Assembly: GCF_963921235.1 (NCBI RefSeq)
Contig: NC_086097.1
Span: 202,618,001-202,682,000 of the forward strand
Length of the DNA stretch: 64,000 bases
Source of the DNA: Mobula hypostoma
Lineage: Eukaryota
Direction: 5' to 3'
Under the pieces are notes generated by a model. That model was not told the DNA's origin. It worked only from the letters and a program-made list of their open reading frames with translations, and did not search any database. The translations under genes were made by a program, and so were the position numbers. Positions within the stretch are counted from its first letter, which is position 1. Every line of letters starts with the position of its first letter. Shown piece after piece: positions 37,706 through 49,700 of this stretch.

Positions 37706-38154
37706 GCAAGTAGTTTTTCATCACTTACCCAGAAAATAGTGACATTGCTAACTGGATTGAAGACCCTCATATTTTACTGAGATTTTGATTCTAAGGTGGA
37801 AATCTTTGGACAGATATAACAGGAAGGTTTGATTGTAAAGATGAGACAGAAGAACTTGTGATTTCTGCATTGGACTAAACTCTTAAATAGTGTTGACAAT
37901 AGTTGTGCAGTGGCAAGCTATGTTGTACAGAATAAGAACTAAATGAGTGGTCCATGCTGTGTATCACCTGAGTGAACAATATCATTCTGACTTTGGCATG
38001 CATCAAGCATTCTGTTGAAATATTAAAATAATTTTTTCAATGGGATGATTGGTTGTTTACTTATGTTAACTTAAAGGATTTTAGATCATTTGTTATCCAT
38101 GGACTTGCATTGAAGTTTTTTCGATGATACATTGCGCCCTGATATTAAAATGAA

Positions 38155-39945
38155 TTAGAATCAGAATCAGGTTTATTATCACCGGCATGTGACGTGAAAT
38201 TTGTTAACTTAGCAGCAGCAGCAGTTCAATGCAATACATAATTTAGCAGAGAGAAAAAAAAACTATTAATAAATAAACAAGTAAATCAATTATGTATATT
38301 GAATAGATTTTAAAAATGTGCAAAAACAGTAATACTGTATATTAAAAAAAAGTGAGGTAGTGTCCAAAGCTTCAATGTCCATTTAGGAATCGGATGGCAG
38401 AGGGGAAGAAGCTGTTCCTGAGTCGTTGAGTGTGTGCCTTCAGGCTTCTGTACCTCCTACCTGATGGTAACAGTGAGAAAAGGGCATGCCCTGGGTGCTG
38501 GAGGTCCTCAGTAATGGATGCTGCCTTTCTGAGACACCACTCCCTGAAGATGTCCTGGATACTTTGTAGGCTAGTGCCCAAAATGGAGCTGACTAGATTT
38601 ACAACCTTCTGCAGCTTCTTTCAGTCCTGTGCAGTAGCCCCTCCATACCAGACAGTGATGCAGCCTGTCAGAATGCTCTCCACAGTACATCTATTGAAGA
38701 TTTTGAGTGTATTTGTTGACATGCCAAATCTCTTCAAACTCCTAATAAAGTATAGCCGCTGTCTTGGCTTCTTTATAACTACATCGATATTATGGGATCA
38801 GGTTAGATTGTCAGAGATCTTGACACCGAGGAACTTGAAGCTGCTCACTCTCTCCACTTCTGATCCCTCTATGAGGATTGGTATGTGTTCCTTTGCCTTA
38901 CCCTTCCTGAAGTCCACAATCAGCTCTTTCGTCTTACTGACGTTGAGTGCCAGGTTGTTGCTGCAGCACCATTCCACTAGTTGGCATATCTCACTCCTGT
39001 ACACCCTCTTGTCACCACCTGAGATTCTACCAACAATGGTTGTATTGTCAGGAAATTTATAGATGGTATTTGAGCTATGCCTACACACACTCCTGAGGTG
39101 TGCCAGTGTTGATCGTCAGCAAGGAGAATATGTTATCACTAATCCACACAGACTGTGGTCTTCTAGTTAGGAAGTCAAGGATCCAATTGCAGAGGGAGGT
39201 ACAGAGGTCCAGGTTCTGCAACTTCTCAATCAGGATTGTGGGAATGATGGTATTAAATGCTGAGCTGTAGTCGATGAACAGCATCCTGACATAGGTGTTT
39301 GTGTTGTCTAGGTGGTCTAAAACCGTGTGAAGAGCCATTGAGATTGCGTCTGCCGTTGACCTATTGTGGCGATAGGCAATTTACAATGGGTCCAGGTCCT
39401 TGCTGAGGCAGGAGTTCAGTCTAGTCATAACCAACCTCTCAAAGCAGACTGTGGATGTGAGTGCTATCAGGTGATAGTCATTAAGGCAGCACACACTATT
39501 CTTCTTATAGGCATCCGTTAGTCTCGTGAAACCATGGATTTGTGCCTTGGAAGGTTTCCAGGGTGCAGGCCTGGGCAAGGTTGTATGGAAGACCGGCAGT
39601 TGCCCATGCTGCAAGTCTTCCCTCTCCACGCTGCTGATATTGTCCAAGGGAAGGGCACGAGGGCCGATACAGCTTGGCACCAGTGTTGTCGCACAGCAAT
39701 GTGTGGTTAAGTGCCGTGCTCAAGGACACAACACGCTGCCTCAGCTGAGGCTCGAACTAGCGATCTTCAGATCACTAGACTGACGCCTTAACCACTTGGC
39801 CACGCACCAACACTGATATAGCACTTAGGCATTGGTATAATTCTTGCCTTTTTGAAGCAAGTGGGAACTTCTGCCCGTAGCAGTGAGAGGTTGAAAATGT
39901 CCTTGAATACTCCCGCTAGTTGGTTGGCACAAGTTTTCAGACAAA
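38155..39945 (-). mobile_element. REX1/Babar-like LINE (RT to 3' end) with (ATTCTG)n tail
   Basis: [49 protein letters not shown] and HPGHALFSLLPSGRRYRS motifs; tail agaatcagaatcag. Confidence 0.93.
39500..39812 (-). mobile_element. tRNA-derived SINE with CORE-like central motif, nested in REX1
   Basis: Minus strand carries A box TGGCCAAGTGG, B box GTTCGAGCC, then gtgttgtgtccttgagcacggcacttaac. Confidence 0.8.
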
Positions 39946-41065
39946 GTCAAGTAGGTAGAAAAGGTCAATAAGTAAGGTATCAAACTGAGATGTTTTAATC
40001 TTTTAAATTGTAAATATGAAGACATAATAGTTGCAAAGTTGAGAGAGATCAGGCTAATGTTTCATGTCTGACACCTAATAGATGAGATTGATTAATTGAA
40101 TTGAAATGAAAAAAACGATCATCAAGTTTTGTTAGATTTAAAAGGATATACTTACTTCAGCAGTGTTAGTTATGTTTTTGACTTGTGTGTAAATCATGGG
40201 ACAGACTGTAGGCCAGTTATCTACAAATGGGAAGCATTTTAAGAGGAATGTAAGATACAGATGTTTGATGTGTGTTCTGTACTTGTACAGTATATGTTCT
40301 ATTTAGGGTCACTGGATAAGTAGAATAATGGTGGAAACTGAGCGAGATACTCCTATTCCAATTAGTCTTGTCGACTGGAAAATGTTGGGCTGGAATGTAC
40401 CAAATTCTGACAGAGCAGCAGGAACACTTCATTCCGCTGACATTAGGCAACACTGAGGCAATGGGGTTGAGGGGGTGGGCAGCTGGAAATATGCTGAACT
40501 TTTCTGAGAGAGGATGTGGAGTTCTTTTTAGATAACTGGCTTTTGGCTTGGGAAATGAAGATGGTGTTCGACAGTGGGGAGTGACCCTGATCGAGGGGTG
40601 AGGGGCAGCTTTCAGAAAGTGAGCAGCAGGTAGATATGGAGTGTGGGCTAGTGGTGAGACAAATGAAGAGAGGAAAATGTGTGAATAAGAAGGCAAGAGA
40701 AGTAGGAAGTGACACTCTCCCTCTCATGGTGAGTGAAGAGAGAGCATGTGGGGGTGGGGGAGTAGACCAGTGCAAGGTGGACAGATCAGGGAAAGTTGAG
40801 GGAAGGAGTAGAGTTACAGAGATTGAATTACAGACTTACAAAGGTGTGACAAAAGGCTCATTTGAGGACAGGATTATTTATAGTTCTCTTGTGTGTATTA
40901 GTTCTATGCAGCAAGGTCAGATTTTGGACCATGCTGTGTTAAGGCCATTTGTTTGCCTGCATAAAGGGTACCCCATGCTATTAAAAATTAATAATAGCGA
41001 TCATAATTTCATATACCTCTATTAAATCTCCTCTCAATCTCTTATGTTCTAAAGAATACAGTCCT

Positions 41066-41660
41066 AGAACATAGAACATAGAAATCTACAGCACGGTACA
41101 GGCCCTTCGGCCCACAATATTGTGCTGACCATGTAACCTACTCTAGAAACTGCCTTGAATTTCCCTACCGCATAGCCCTCTTTTTCTAAGCTCCATGTAC
41201 TCCATTTTTCTAAGAGTCACTTAAAAGACCCTATCGTATCCACCTCTACCACCTTTGCTGGCACTGCATTCCATGCACTCACAACTCTGTGTGAAAAACC
41301 TAACCTCAGACATCCCCTTCCTACCTACTTCCAAGCACCTTAAAAGCTTTTTTTTGTGTGCCATACTCTGCCAGAGCCGCGGCGACCACTTTTTCAAGTA
41401 GTTGTCTTGGAGGAAGATTCTGTGAGTGGTCCCCCACGTCCTCCTCACAGCGTAGTCTTTTTTATGAGGTTGAGTTGCAAACTCGACACTCAACCCAGCT
41501 CGGATGGAGAGCGGCCCGACTGGGTTCAAACTCAGGAACCTTCGCTCCGGAGTCCGGCGCTGATATCACTGCGCCACCAGCCGGCCTACCTTAAAACTAT
41601 GCCCCCTCAATTTAGCCATTTCAACCCTGGGAAAAGGCCTCTGGCTATTCACACGATCTC
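41066..41660 (-). mobile_element. CR1 3' fragment with (TTCTATG)n tail, interrupted by a SINE
   Basis: agaacatagaacatagaa tail and ggcccttcggcccac motif; the sequence resumes after 41587. Confidence 0.8.
41346..41587 (-). mobile_element. tRNA-derived SINE with 9-bp TSD
   Basis: ACCTTAAAA at 41337-41345 and 41588-41596. The minus strand starts gccggctggtggcgcagtga (A box), has gagtttgaacc (B box) and an A-rich end. Confidence 0.8.
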
Positions 41661-42027
41661 AGTCCTACTATTCAATCTTTCATTATTACTCAGGTTCTCC
41701 AGAACTTGTAAATTTTCTCTGCACTCTTTTAACCTTATTTACAACTTTTCTGTAGGTAGGCAACCAAAACTGCACACAATACTCCAAATTAGGCCTCACC
41801 AATGTCTTACACAACTTCAATATAACATCCAGTCTTCTGTACCCAATTTATGAAGGTCAATATGCCAAAAGCTTTCTTTGCGACCCTGTCTACCTGGAGT
41901 GCAAAACCTCACACTTGTCTGGATTAAATTCCATCTGCCTCTTTTCAGCTTATTTTCCAGCTAATACAGATCCCTGTGAAAGCCATGATAGGCTTCCTGA
42001 TTGTCCATTACTCCCCCAATCTTATAA

Positions 42028-42650
42028 CCATATAACATAAAACCATATAACAATTACAGCACGGAAACAGGCCATCTCGGCCCTTCTAGTCCGTGCTGAA
42101 CTCTTACTCTCACCTAGTCCCACCGACCTGCACTCAGCCCATAACCCTCCATTCCTTTCCTGTCCATATATCTATCCAATTTAACTTTAAGCGACAACAT
42201 CGAACCTGACTCAACTACTTCTGCTGGAAGCTCGTTCCACACAGCTACCACTCTCTGAGTAAAGAAGTTCCCCCTCATGTTACCCCTAAACTTTTGCCCC
42301 TTAACTCTCAACTCATGTCCTCTTGTTTGAATCTTCCCCATTCTCAATGGAAAAAGCCTATCCACGTCAACTCTATCAATCCCCCTCATCATTTTAAACA
42401 CCTCTATCAAGTCCCTCCTCAACCTTCTGGGCTCCAAAGAATAAAGACCTAACTTGTTCAGCCTATCTCTGTAACTTAGGAGATGAAACCCAGGCAACAT
42501 TTTAGTAAATCTCCTCTGTACTCTCTCAATTTTATTGACATCTTTCCTATAATTCGGTGACCAGAACTGTACGCAATACTCCAAATTTGGCCTTACCAGT
42601 GCCTTATACAATTTCAACATTACATCCCAACTCCTATACACAATGCTCTT
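42028..42650 (-). mobile_element. Young CR1 3' fragment, same subfamily as 22455-26058
   Basis: ORF 42114-42641 is open; same ccatataacaattacagcacggaaac terminus. Confidence 0.93.
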
Positions 42651-43054
42651 GGTGCACCCCCAATCTCAATGCGCAAAATACTTTTCTGTACTCAGAAATC
42701 AAATGGAAGCAAATCATTCTTGAGGCATATCCAATAAAGACGTCGAAGAGGTGTGGGACATTACAGTAGTTGATCACAGAATCCCATCAGCAGAAACATA
42801 TGAACAGAAGGAAATAGGAGCAGTCATAGGTCACTCCAGTATGACCCATATTCATTATGAACATGGCTGATCTGCCTCATTGAAGACCTGTCTGGCCTTG
42901 GGCTGGGGATGCTTTTTAATGACCTACACTACTTTTGATTCTGTTTTAGAAAGTTGCAATCATAGTTAAATTGTATGTATTAAATATGCATTCATAAATG
43001 AGTTATGGACATCTTGGACTTGTTCAGATTTATTTTTTTTATCACATGTACATC

Positions 43055-45322
43055 AGAATGGTAACGAACTGGGTCGGGTCACAGATCTCTCAGTGGGTGA
43101 GCATCTGGCGGACAGTGACCACCGCTTCCTGGCCTTTAGCATTATCATGGAAAAGGACAGGAAAATTTTTAATTGGGGAAGGGCAAATTATGAGGCTATA
43201 AGGCTAGAACTTACGGGTATGAATTGGGATGATGTTTTTGCAGGGAAATGTACTATGGACATGTGGTTGATGTTTAGGGATCTCTTGTAGGATGTTAAGG
43301 ATCCCTTGCTGGATGTTAGGGATAAATTTGTCCCGGTGAGGAAGATAAAGAATGGTAGGGTGAAGGAACCATGGTTGACAAGTGAGGTGGAAAATCTAGT
43401 CAGGTGAAAGAAGGCAGCATACATGAGGTTTAGGAAACAAGGATCAGATGGGTCTATTGAGGAATATGGGGTAGCAAGAAAGGAGCTTAAGGGGCTAAGA
43501 AGAGCAAGAAGGGGGCATGAGAAGGCCTTGGCGAGTAGGGTAAAGGAAAACCCCAAGGTATTCTTCAGTTATGTGAAGAACAAAAGGATGACAGGAGTGA
43601 AGGTAGGACCAATTAGAGATAAAGGTGGGAAGATGTGCTTGGAGGCTGTGGAAGTGAGCAAGGTCCTCATTGAATACCTCTCTTCAGTGTTCACAAATGA
43701 GAGGGAACTTGATGACAGTAAGGACAATATGAGTGAGGTTGATGTTTTGGAACATGTTGATAGTAAGGGAGAGGAGGTGTTGGAGTTGTTAAAATACATT
43801 AGGACAGATAAGTCCCCAGGGCCTGAAGGAATATTCCCCAGGCTGCTCCATGAGGCAAGGGAAGAGATGCTGAACCTCTGGCTAGGATCTTTATGTCCTC
43901 GTTGTCCACGGAAATGGTACCGGAGGATTGGAGGGAGGCGAATGTTGTCCCCTTGTTCAGAAAAGGTAGTAGGGATAGTCTGGGTAATTATAGACCAGTG
44001 AGCCTTGTGTCTGTGGTGGGAAAGCTGCTGGAAAGGATTCTTAGAGATAGGATGTATGGGCATTTAGAGAATCATGGTCTGTTCAGGGACAGTCAGCATG
44101 GCTTTGTGAAGGGCAGATCGTGTCTGGCAAGCCTGATAGAGTTCTTTGAGGAGGTGACCAGGCATATAGATGAGGGTAGTGCAGTGGATGTGATCTGTAT
44201 GGATTTTAGTAAGACATTTGACAAGGTTCCACACGGTAGACTTATTCAGAAAGTCAGAAGGCATGGGATCCAGGGAAGTTTGGCCAGGTGGATTCAAAAT
44301 TGGCTTGCCCGCAGAAGGTAGAGGGTCGTGGTAGAGGGAGTACATTCAGATTGGAGGGTTGTGACTAGTGGTGTCCCACAAGGATCGGTTCTGGGACCCC
44401 TACTTTTCGTGATTTTTATTAATGGCCTGGGTGTGGGGGTAGAAGGGTGGGTTGGCAAGTTTGCAGACGACACAAAGGTTGGTGGTATTGTAGATAGTGT
44501 AGAGGATTGTCGAAGATTTCAGAGAGACATTGATAGGATGCAGAAGTGGGCTGAGAAGTGGCAGATGGAGTTCAACCTAGAGAAGTGTGAGGTGGTACAC
44601 TTTGGAAGGACAAACTCCAAGGCAGAGTACAAAGTAATTGGCAGGATACTTAGTAGTGTGGAGGAGCAGAGGGATCTCGGGGTACATGTCCACAGATCCC
44701 TGAAAGTTGCCTCACAGGTAGATAAGGTAGTTAAGAATGCTTGTGGGGTGTTAGCTTTCATAAGTTGAGGAATAGAGTTTAAGAGTCACAAGGTAATGAT
44801 GCAGCTCTATAAAACTCTGGTTAGGCCACTCTTGGAGTACTGTGTGCAGTTCTGGTCGCCTCACTATAGGAAGGATGTGGAAACATTGGAAAGGGTACAG
44901 AGGAGATTTACCAGGATGCTGTCTGGTTTAGAGAGTATGCATTATGATCAGAGATTAAGGGAGCTAGGGCTTTCCTCTTTGGAGAGAAGGAGGATGAGAG
45001 GAGACATGATAGAATAGATAGAGTGGACACCCAGTGCCTCTTCCCCAGGGCACCACTGCTCAATACAAGAGGACATGGCTTTAAGGTAAGGAAGGGGTGG
45101 GAAGTTCAAGGGGGATATTAGAGGAAGGTTTTTTACACAGAGAGTGGTTGGTGCGTGGAATGCACTGCATGAGTCAGTGGTGGAGGCAGATACACTAGTG
45201 AAATTTAAGAGACTACTAGACAGGTATATGGAGGAATTTAAGGTGGGGGGTTATATGGGAGGCAGGGTTTGAGGGTCAGCACAACATTGCGGGCCAAAGG
45301 GCTGCTGTACTATTCTATGTTC
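43055..45322 (+). mobile_element. CR1 ORF2 (end of endonuclease through RT) and 3'UTR, frameshifted
   Basis: [50 protein letters not shown] and RPLLEYCVQFW motifs; tail ctattctatgttcta. Confidence 0.95.
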
Positions 45323-46205
45323 TATAAATAACATAGAAATGTATTTCAGAAACAGTCTGTGAACTGCATCATTTGCATGAACAACCAGCCCAACGTTATG
45401 ATGTGCTGGGGACCATATATTCTGGCACCAACATGGAATTGCCACCATGTTCACATATAACACAAGCAACAACAACAGAACAACAGCGAAACACACCCCT
45501 AAAGGAAAAGCAGTGGATGTTGTCTATATGGATTTTAGTGAAGCCTTTGACTAAGTCCCACATGGGAGACTGGCCAAGTAGGTTCAGTCACTTGGCATTT
45601 GGGATAAGCAGTGAATCAGATTTGACATTGGCTTTCAGGAGAAACCAGACAGTGGTTGTGGATGGTGCTGGGTCCATTGTTGTTTGTCATCTATATCAAT
45701 GATCTGAATGATGGTAAACTGGTTCAGCAAATCTGCGGATGACACTAAGATGAGAAGCATAGTGGACTGCGAGGAAGGCTGTTAAAATCTGCAGCCAGAG
45801 CTGGATCAGCTGAGAAAATGGGCTGAAAAAAAAAGGCACATGAGATTTAATGCAGGCAAAGGTGAAGTGTTGCACTTTGGGAGGGAAATCAGTGTCGGAC
45901 TTGCACAGGGAGTGGTAGGGCATTGAGGAGTGCAGTAGAACAGAGGGATCTTGGAGTATAGATCCATAACTCCTTGAAAGTGACGACACAGGTAGAACGG
46001 GTCATAAAGAGTGCTTTTGGTAGATTGTCTCTCATAAATCAAAGTGTTGACTACAGGATTTTGAATGTTATGTTAAGGTTGCATGAGATGTTGGTGAGGC
46101 CAAATTTGGAATCTTGTGTGCAGTTCTGATCACTTACCTACAGGAAAGATATCAATAAGATTGAAGGAGTACAGAGACAATTCATCGGGATGTTGCTGGG
46201 ATTTA

Positions 46206-46665
46206 AAGTTCAAAGTAAAATTTATTATCAGAGTACATATACGTCACCACGTACAACCCTGAGATTCTTTTTCTGCGAGTATATTTAGCAAGTTCATGCA
46301 GGAGTAACCGTAAGCAGGATCTGTAAATTGTAAACAAACTGCAAATGCAGATAATAAATAAATAGCAATAAATAATGAGAATGAAGTAACATTATAACAG
46401 AGTCCTTAAATGAGTGTAGTTATCCCCTTTTGTTGAAGAGCCTGATGGTTGAGGAGTAGTAACTGTTCTTGAACCTGGTGGTGTGAGACCTGAGGCACCT
46501 GTACCTTCTATCTGGTGGCAGCAGCGGTAAAAGACTATGGCCTGGGTGGTGAGGATCTTTGGTGGTTGCTACTTTTCTATGGCAACGTTTCATGTCAATG
46601 TGTTTCGTGGTTTGGGAGGGTTTTACCTGTGATGTACTGGGCTGAATCCACTACCTTTTGTAGGA
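46206..46665 (-). mobile_element. REX1-like LINE 3' fragment
   Basis: Tail aaagttcaaagtaaaatttattatcagagtacat...tacaaccctgagattc; same family as the 34290 and 14760 tails. Confidence 0.8.
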
Positions 46666-46755
46666 TTTAGGACTTGAGTCATAGGGAAAGACTGAATATG
46701 TTAGGACTTTATTCCCGAGATCACATGGGGATTTGGGGAGATATAATGGAGGTAC

Positions 46756-49700
46756 TATAGTGTATTTAATATTTCAGTAATATTTGAGTAATAGTTGTAA
46801 ATATATTGTTTAATTATGCATTCTTTGTTTACTTAATTCATTATATTCAAGAAGTACATGAATGACATAAATCATTATGTCATAATGTCCTATGTGAGCG
46901 CCTCACTAAAAGAAGGAAAAATAAAACTACGTAGACAAATTGTCCAGCTCCTGGGATTTACTTTTGATTAGTTTCTGGAGTTAAAAAACATAACAGTGGC
47001 AACAAGGAAGTATTAAAATGAACCTATTTTGTTAGTTTATGGGTATGGGTTCATAAACATTGAGTACTGGGTGATAGCAAGTAAATAAATAAATAAGCAG
47101 AAATATCTGGCTAACATAATACATAAGAAATAGGAGCAGGAGTAGGTCATCCGGCCCATCAAGCCTGCCCCGCCATTCAATAAGATCATGGCTGATCTGT
47201 CCGTAAACTCAGCTCCATCTACCTGCCTTTTCCCCATAACCCTTAATTCCCTTACTATGTAAGAACCTATCTCACTGTATCTTAAATATACTTAGTGAAG
47301 AAGCCTCAACTGCTTCCCTGGGCAAAGAATTCAACAGATTAACCACTCTCTGGGAAAAACAGTGTCTCCTCATCTCTGTCCTAAATCTTCTCCCCTGAAC
47401 CTTGAGGTAATGTCCCTTAGTTCTAGTCTCACCTACTAATGGAAACAACTTTCCTACTTCTATGTTATCTATCCCTTTTAAAATGTTGTATGTTTCTATA
47501 CGATTCCCTCTCATTCTTCTGAATTCCAGAGAGTATAGTTCCAGACGACTCAATCTGTCCTCATAGGTTAACCCCTTCATCCCTGGAATCAACCTGGTGA
47601 ACCTCCTCTGCACTGCCTCCAAAGCCAGTATATCCTTCCTCAAGTATGGAGATCAGAACTGCACACAATACTCCAGGTGCGGCCTCACCAGTACCCTGTA
47701 TAGTTGCAGCATGACCTCCCTGCTCTTGAGTTCAATCCCTCTAGCAATGAAGGCCAACATTCCGTTTGCCTTCTTAATAACCTGTTGTACCTGCAAGCGA
47801 ACTTTTTGTGATTCATGAACAAGCACTCCCAAGTCCCTCTGCACAACAGCATGCTGCAATTTTTCACCATTTAAATAATAATCTGCTCTTCTATTGTTCC
47901 TTCCAAAGTGGACGATCTCACATTTACCAACGTTGTATTCCATCTGCCAGACCTTGGCCCATTCACTTAACCTACCTATATCCCTCTGCAGACTCTCCAC
48001 ATCCTCTGTACAATTTGTTTTTCCACTCAGTTTAGTGTCATCAGCAAATTTTGCTACGCTACACTCAGTCCCCTCTTCCAAATCATCAATGTAAATGGTA
48101 AACAGCTGTGGGCCCAGCACCGACCCTTGCGGCACCCCACTCATCACTGACTGTCAACTGGAGAAACACCCATTTATACCAACTCTCTGCCTTCTATTGG
48201 TGAACCAATCCTCTATCCATGCCAATATACTTCCTCTGACTCCATGCATCCGTATCTTATTTACAAGTCTCTTGTGCAGCACCTTATGGAACGCCTTCTG
48301 GAAATCCAAGTGTACGACATCCACCTGTTCCCTTCTATCAGAGAGACAGATATGTTTGAATGCACAACAGATAACTGAATGGTGTATACTGAACAAATTG
48401 AGCAGTATTTTGAGGCAAATGAAATAGCCAATGAGAAATGAGTGCCAGTGTTGCTGAGTGCAGTGGGTTGAAAAGCATACAGTTTGCTTAGAAGTTTAAC
48501 TGTTGCAGCAAAACCAGCCAAAATTCCCTTTGCTGATATCATTAACAGAATCCAGAAACGTTTAGAATCAAAATTGTTGTTGATTACAGAACGCTTCAGG
48601 TTTCATAAGTGGAATCAAAAGGAAAGGGCATCCATTTCAGCTTGCGTGGCTGAATTGAACAAATTGTCCAAGAATTGTCAGTTCAGTGATGAGTTTAATG
48701 ATGCACTGAGAGATTGTTTAGTTTGTGGTATTGTACAAGAAAGCTTTCAAAAATGGCTCCTAACTGAAGCAGAACTTGCATTTAAAAGAGCAATTGAAAT
48801 CACTGTATGAATGGAAACAGCAGCCAAAGACTCAGTTGAGTTGTAGCCAGGAATGAAAGTGAGCATGAACAAAATGGCAATCTCCAAACAGAAACCTGCC
48901 TGTGTTTCTGTTGTGGTAAGGACTCTCATACTCCAGACCAATGTAGGTTTAGGGATGAAATTTTCAGAAAATGCAACAAAGTAGGGCACGTACAAAGGGC
49001 ACGTCAGGCAGACAAAAATACATGGACTGCAGGGAAGAGAAAAAGAAAATGTCAAGTTGCAGTTTCAAAAAGAGCACTAATTTGCATGCTATAGATGAAA
49101 AATCTGATAATGACGTGAGTGACACAGGAATGGGTAGCCTTGAGATTTACAATGTGAAAACTAATATGAGACAAGCAATATGGCTTACACTAGAAGTGAA
49201 CGGCAACTAAGAACCTATACTAGAGAAAAGATAACTCCTATGCGAATGTCATTCATAACAGTGAAATACAACAACTAACAAGCTACCTTGGGCCTATATG
49301 TGTTAAAAACAGGAGGGCCAGCATTGTGGGAGTGCAGTTGGCTGAGACACCTACACCTTGATGGGAGATCCATCCACCATTTGCATCCCACATCCCCTGC
49401 AATAGAGTCCACTGAAAGCGAGTTAAGAAAGGTACTGGATGATGCCACGGCAGTGTTCAAGGATGGTAGTGGAAAACTCAAACATGTTAAGGGTAACAAG
49501 TGTTAAATGAAAATGCGACACCCAAGTTTTACAGAGCCAGTCTGGTTCCTTACATCATTCTTGATCAGTGAGCTAGATCGCATGGAGGCTGAAGGAATCC
49601 TTTCAAGGTTGAGTGGAGCCCATGGACAACACAGTGGTTCCAGTAGCCAAGAAGGATTGTTCTGTCAGGATTTGTGGTGATTTTAAGGTCACTATCAACC

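Noticed and set aside
38430..39062. 210-aa plus-strand ORF
   Set aside because: Antisense shadow of the minus-strand REX1 RT.
39720..39812. tRNA gene
   Set aside because: The A and B boxes belong to a SINE head that continues into a SINE body; no complete cloverleaf is evident. The same applies to ~41520-41587.
40217..41025. Overlapping 110-159 aa ORFs as exons
   Set aside because: Purine/pyrimidine-skewed sequence with no recognisable domain or fitting splice phases; the right part grades into decayed CR1.
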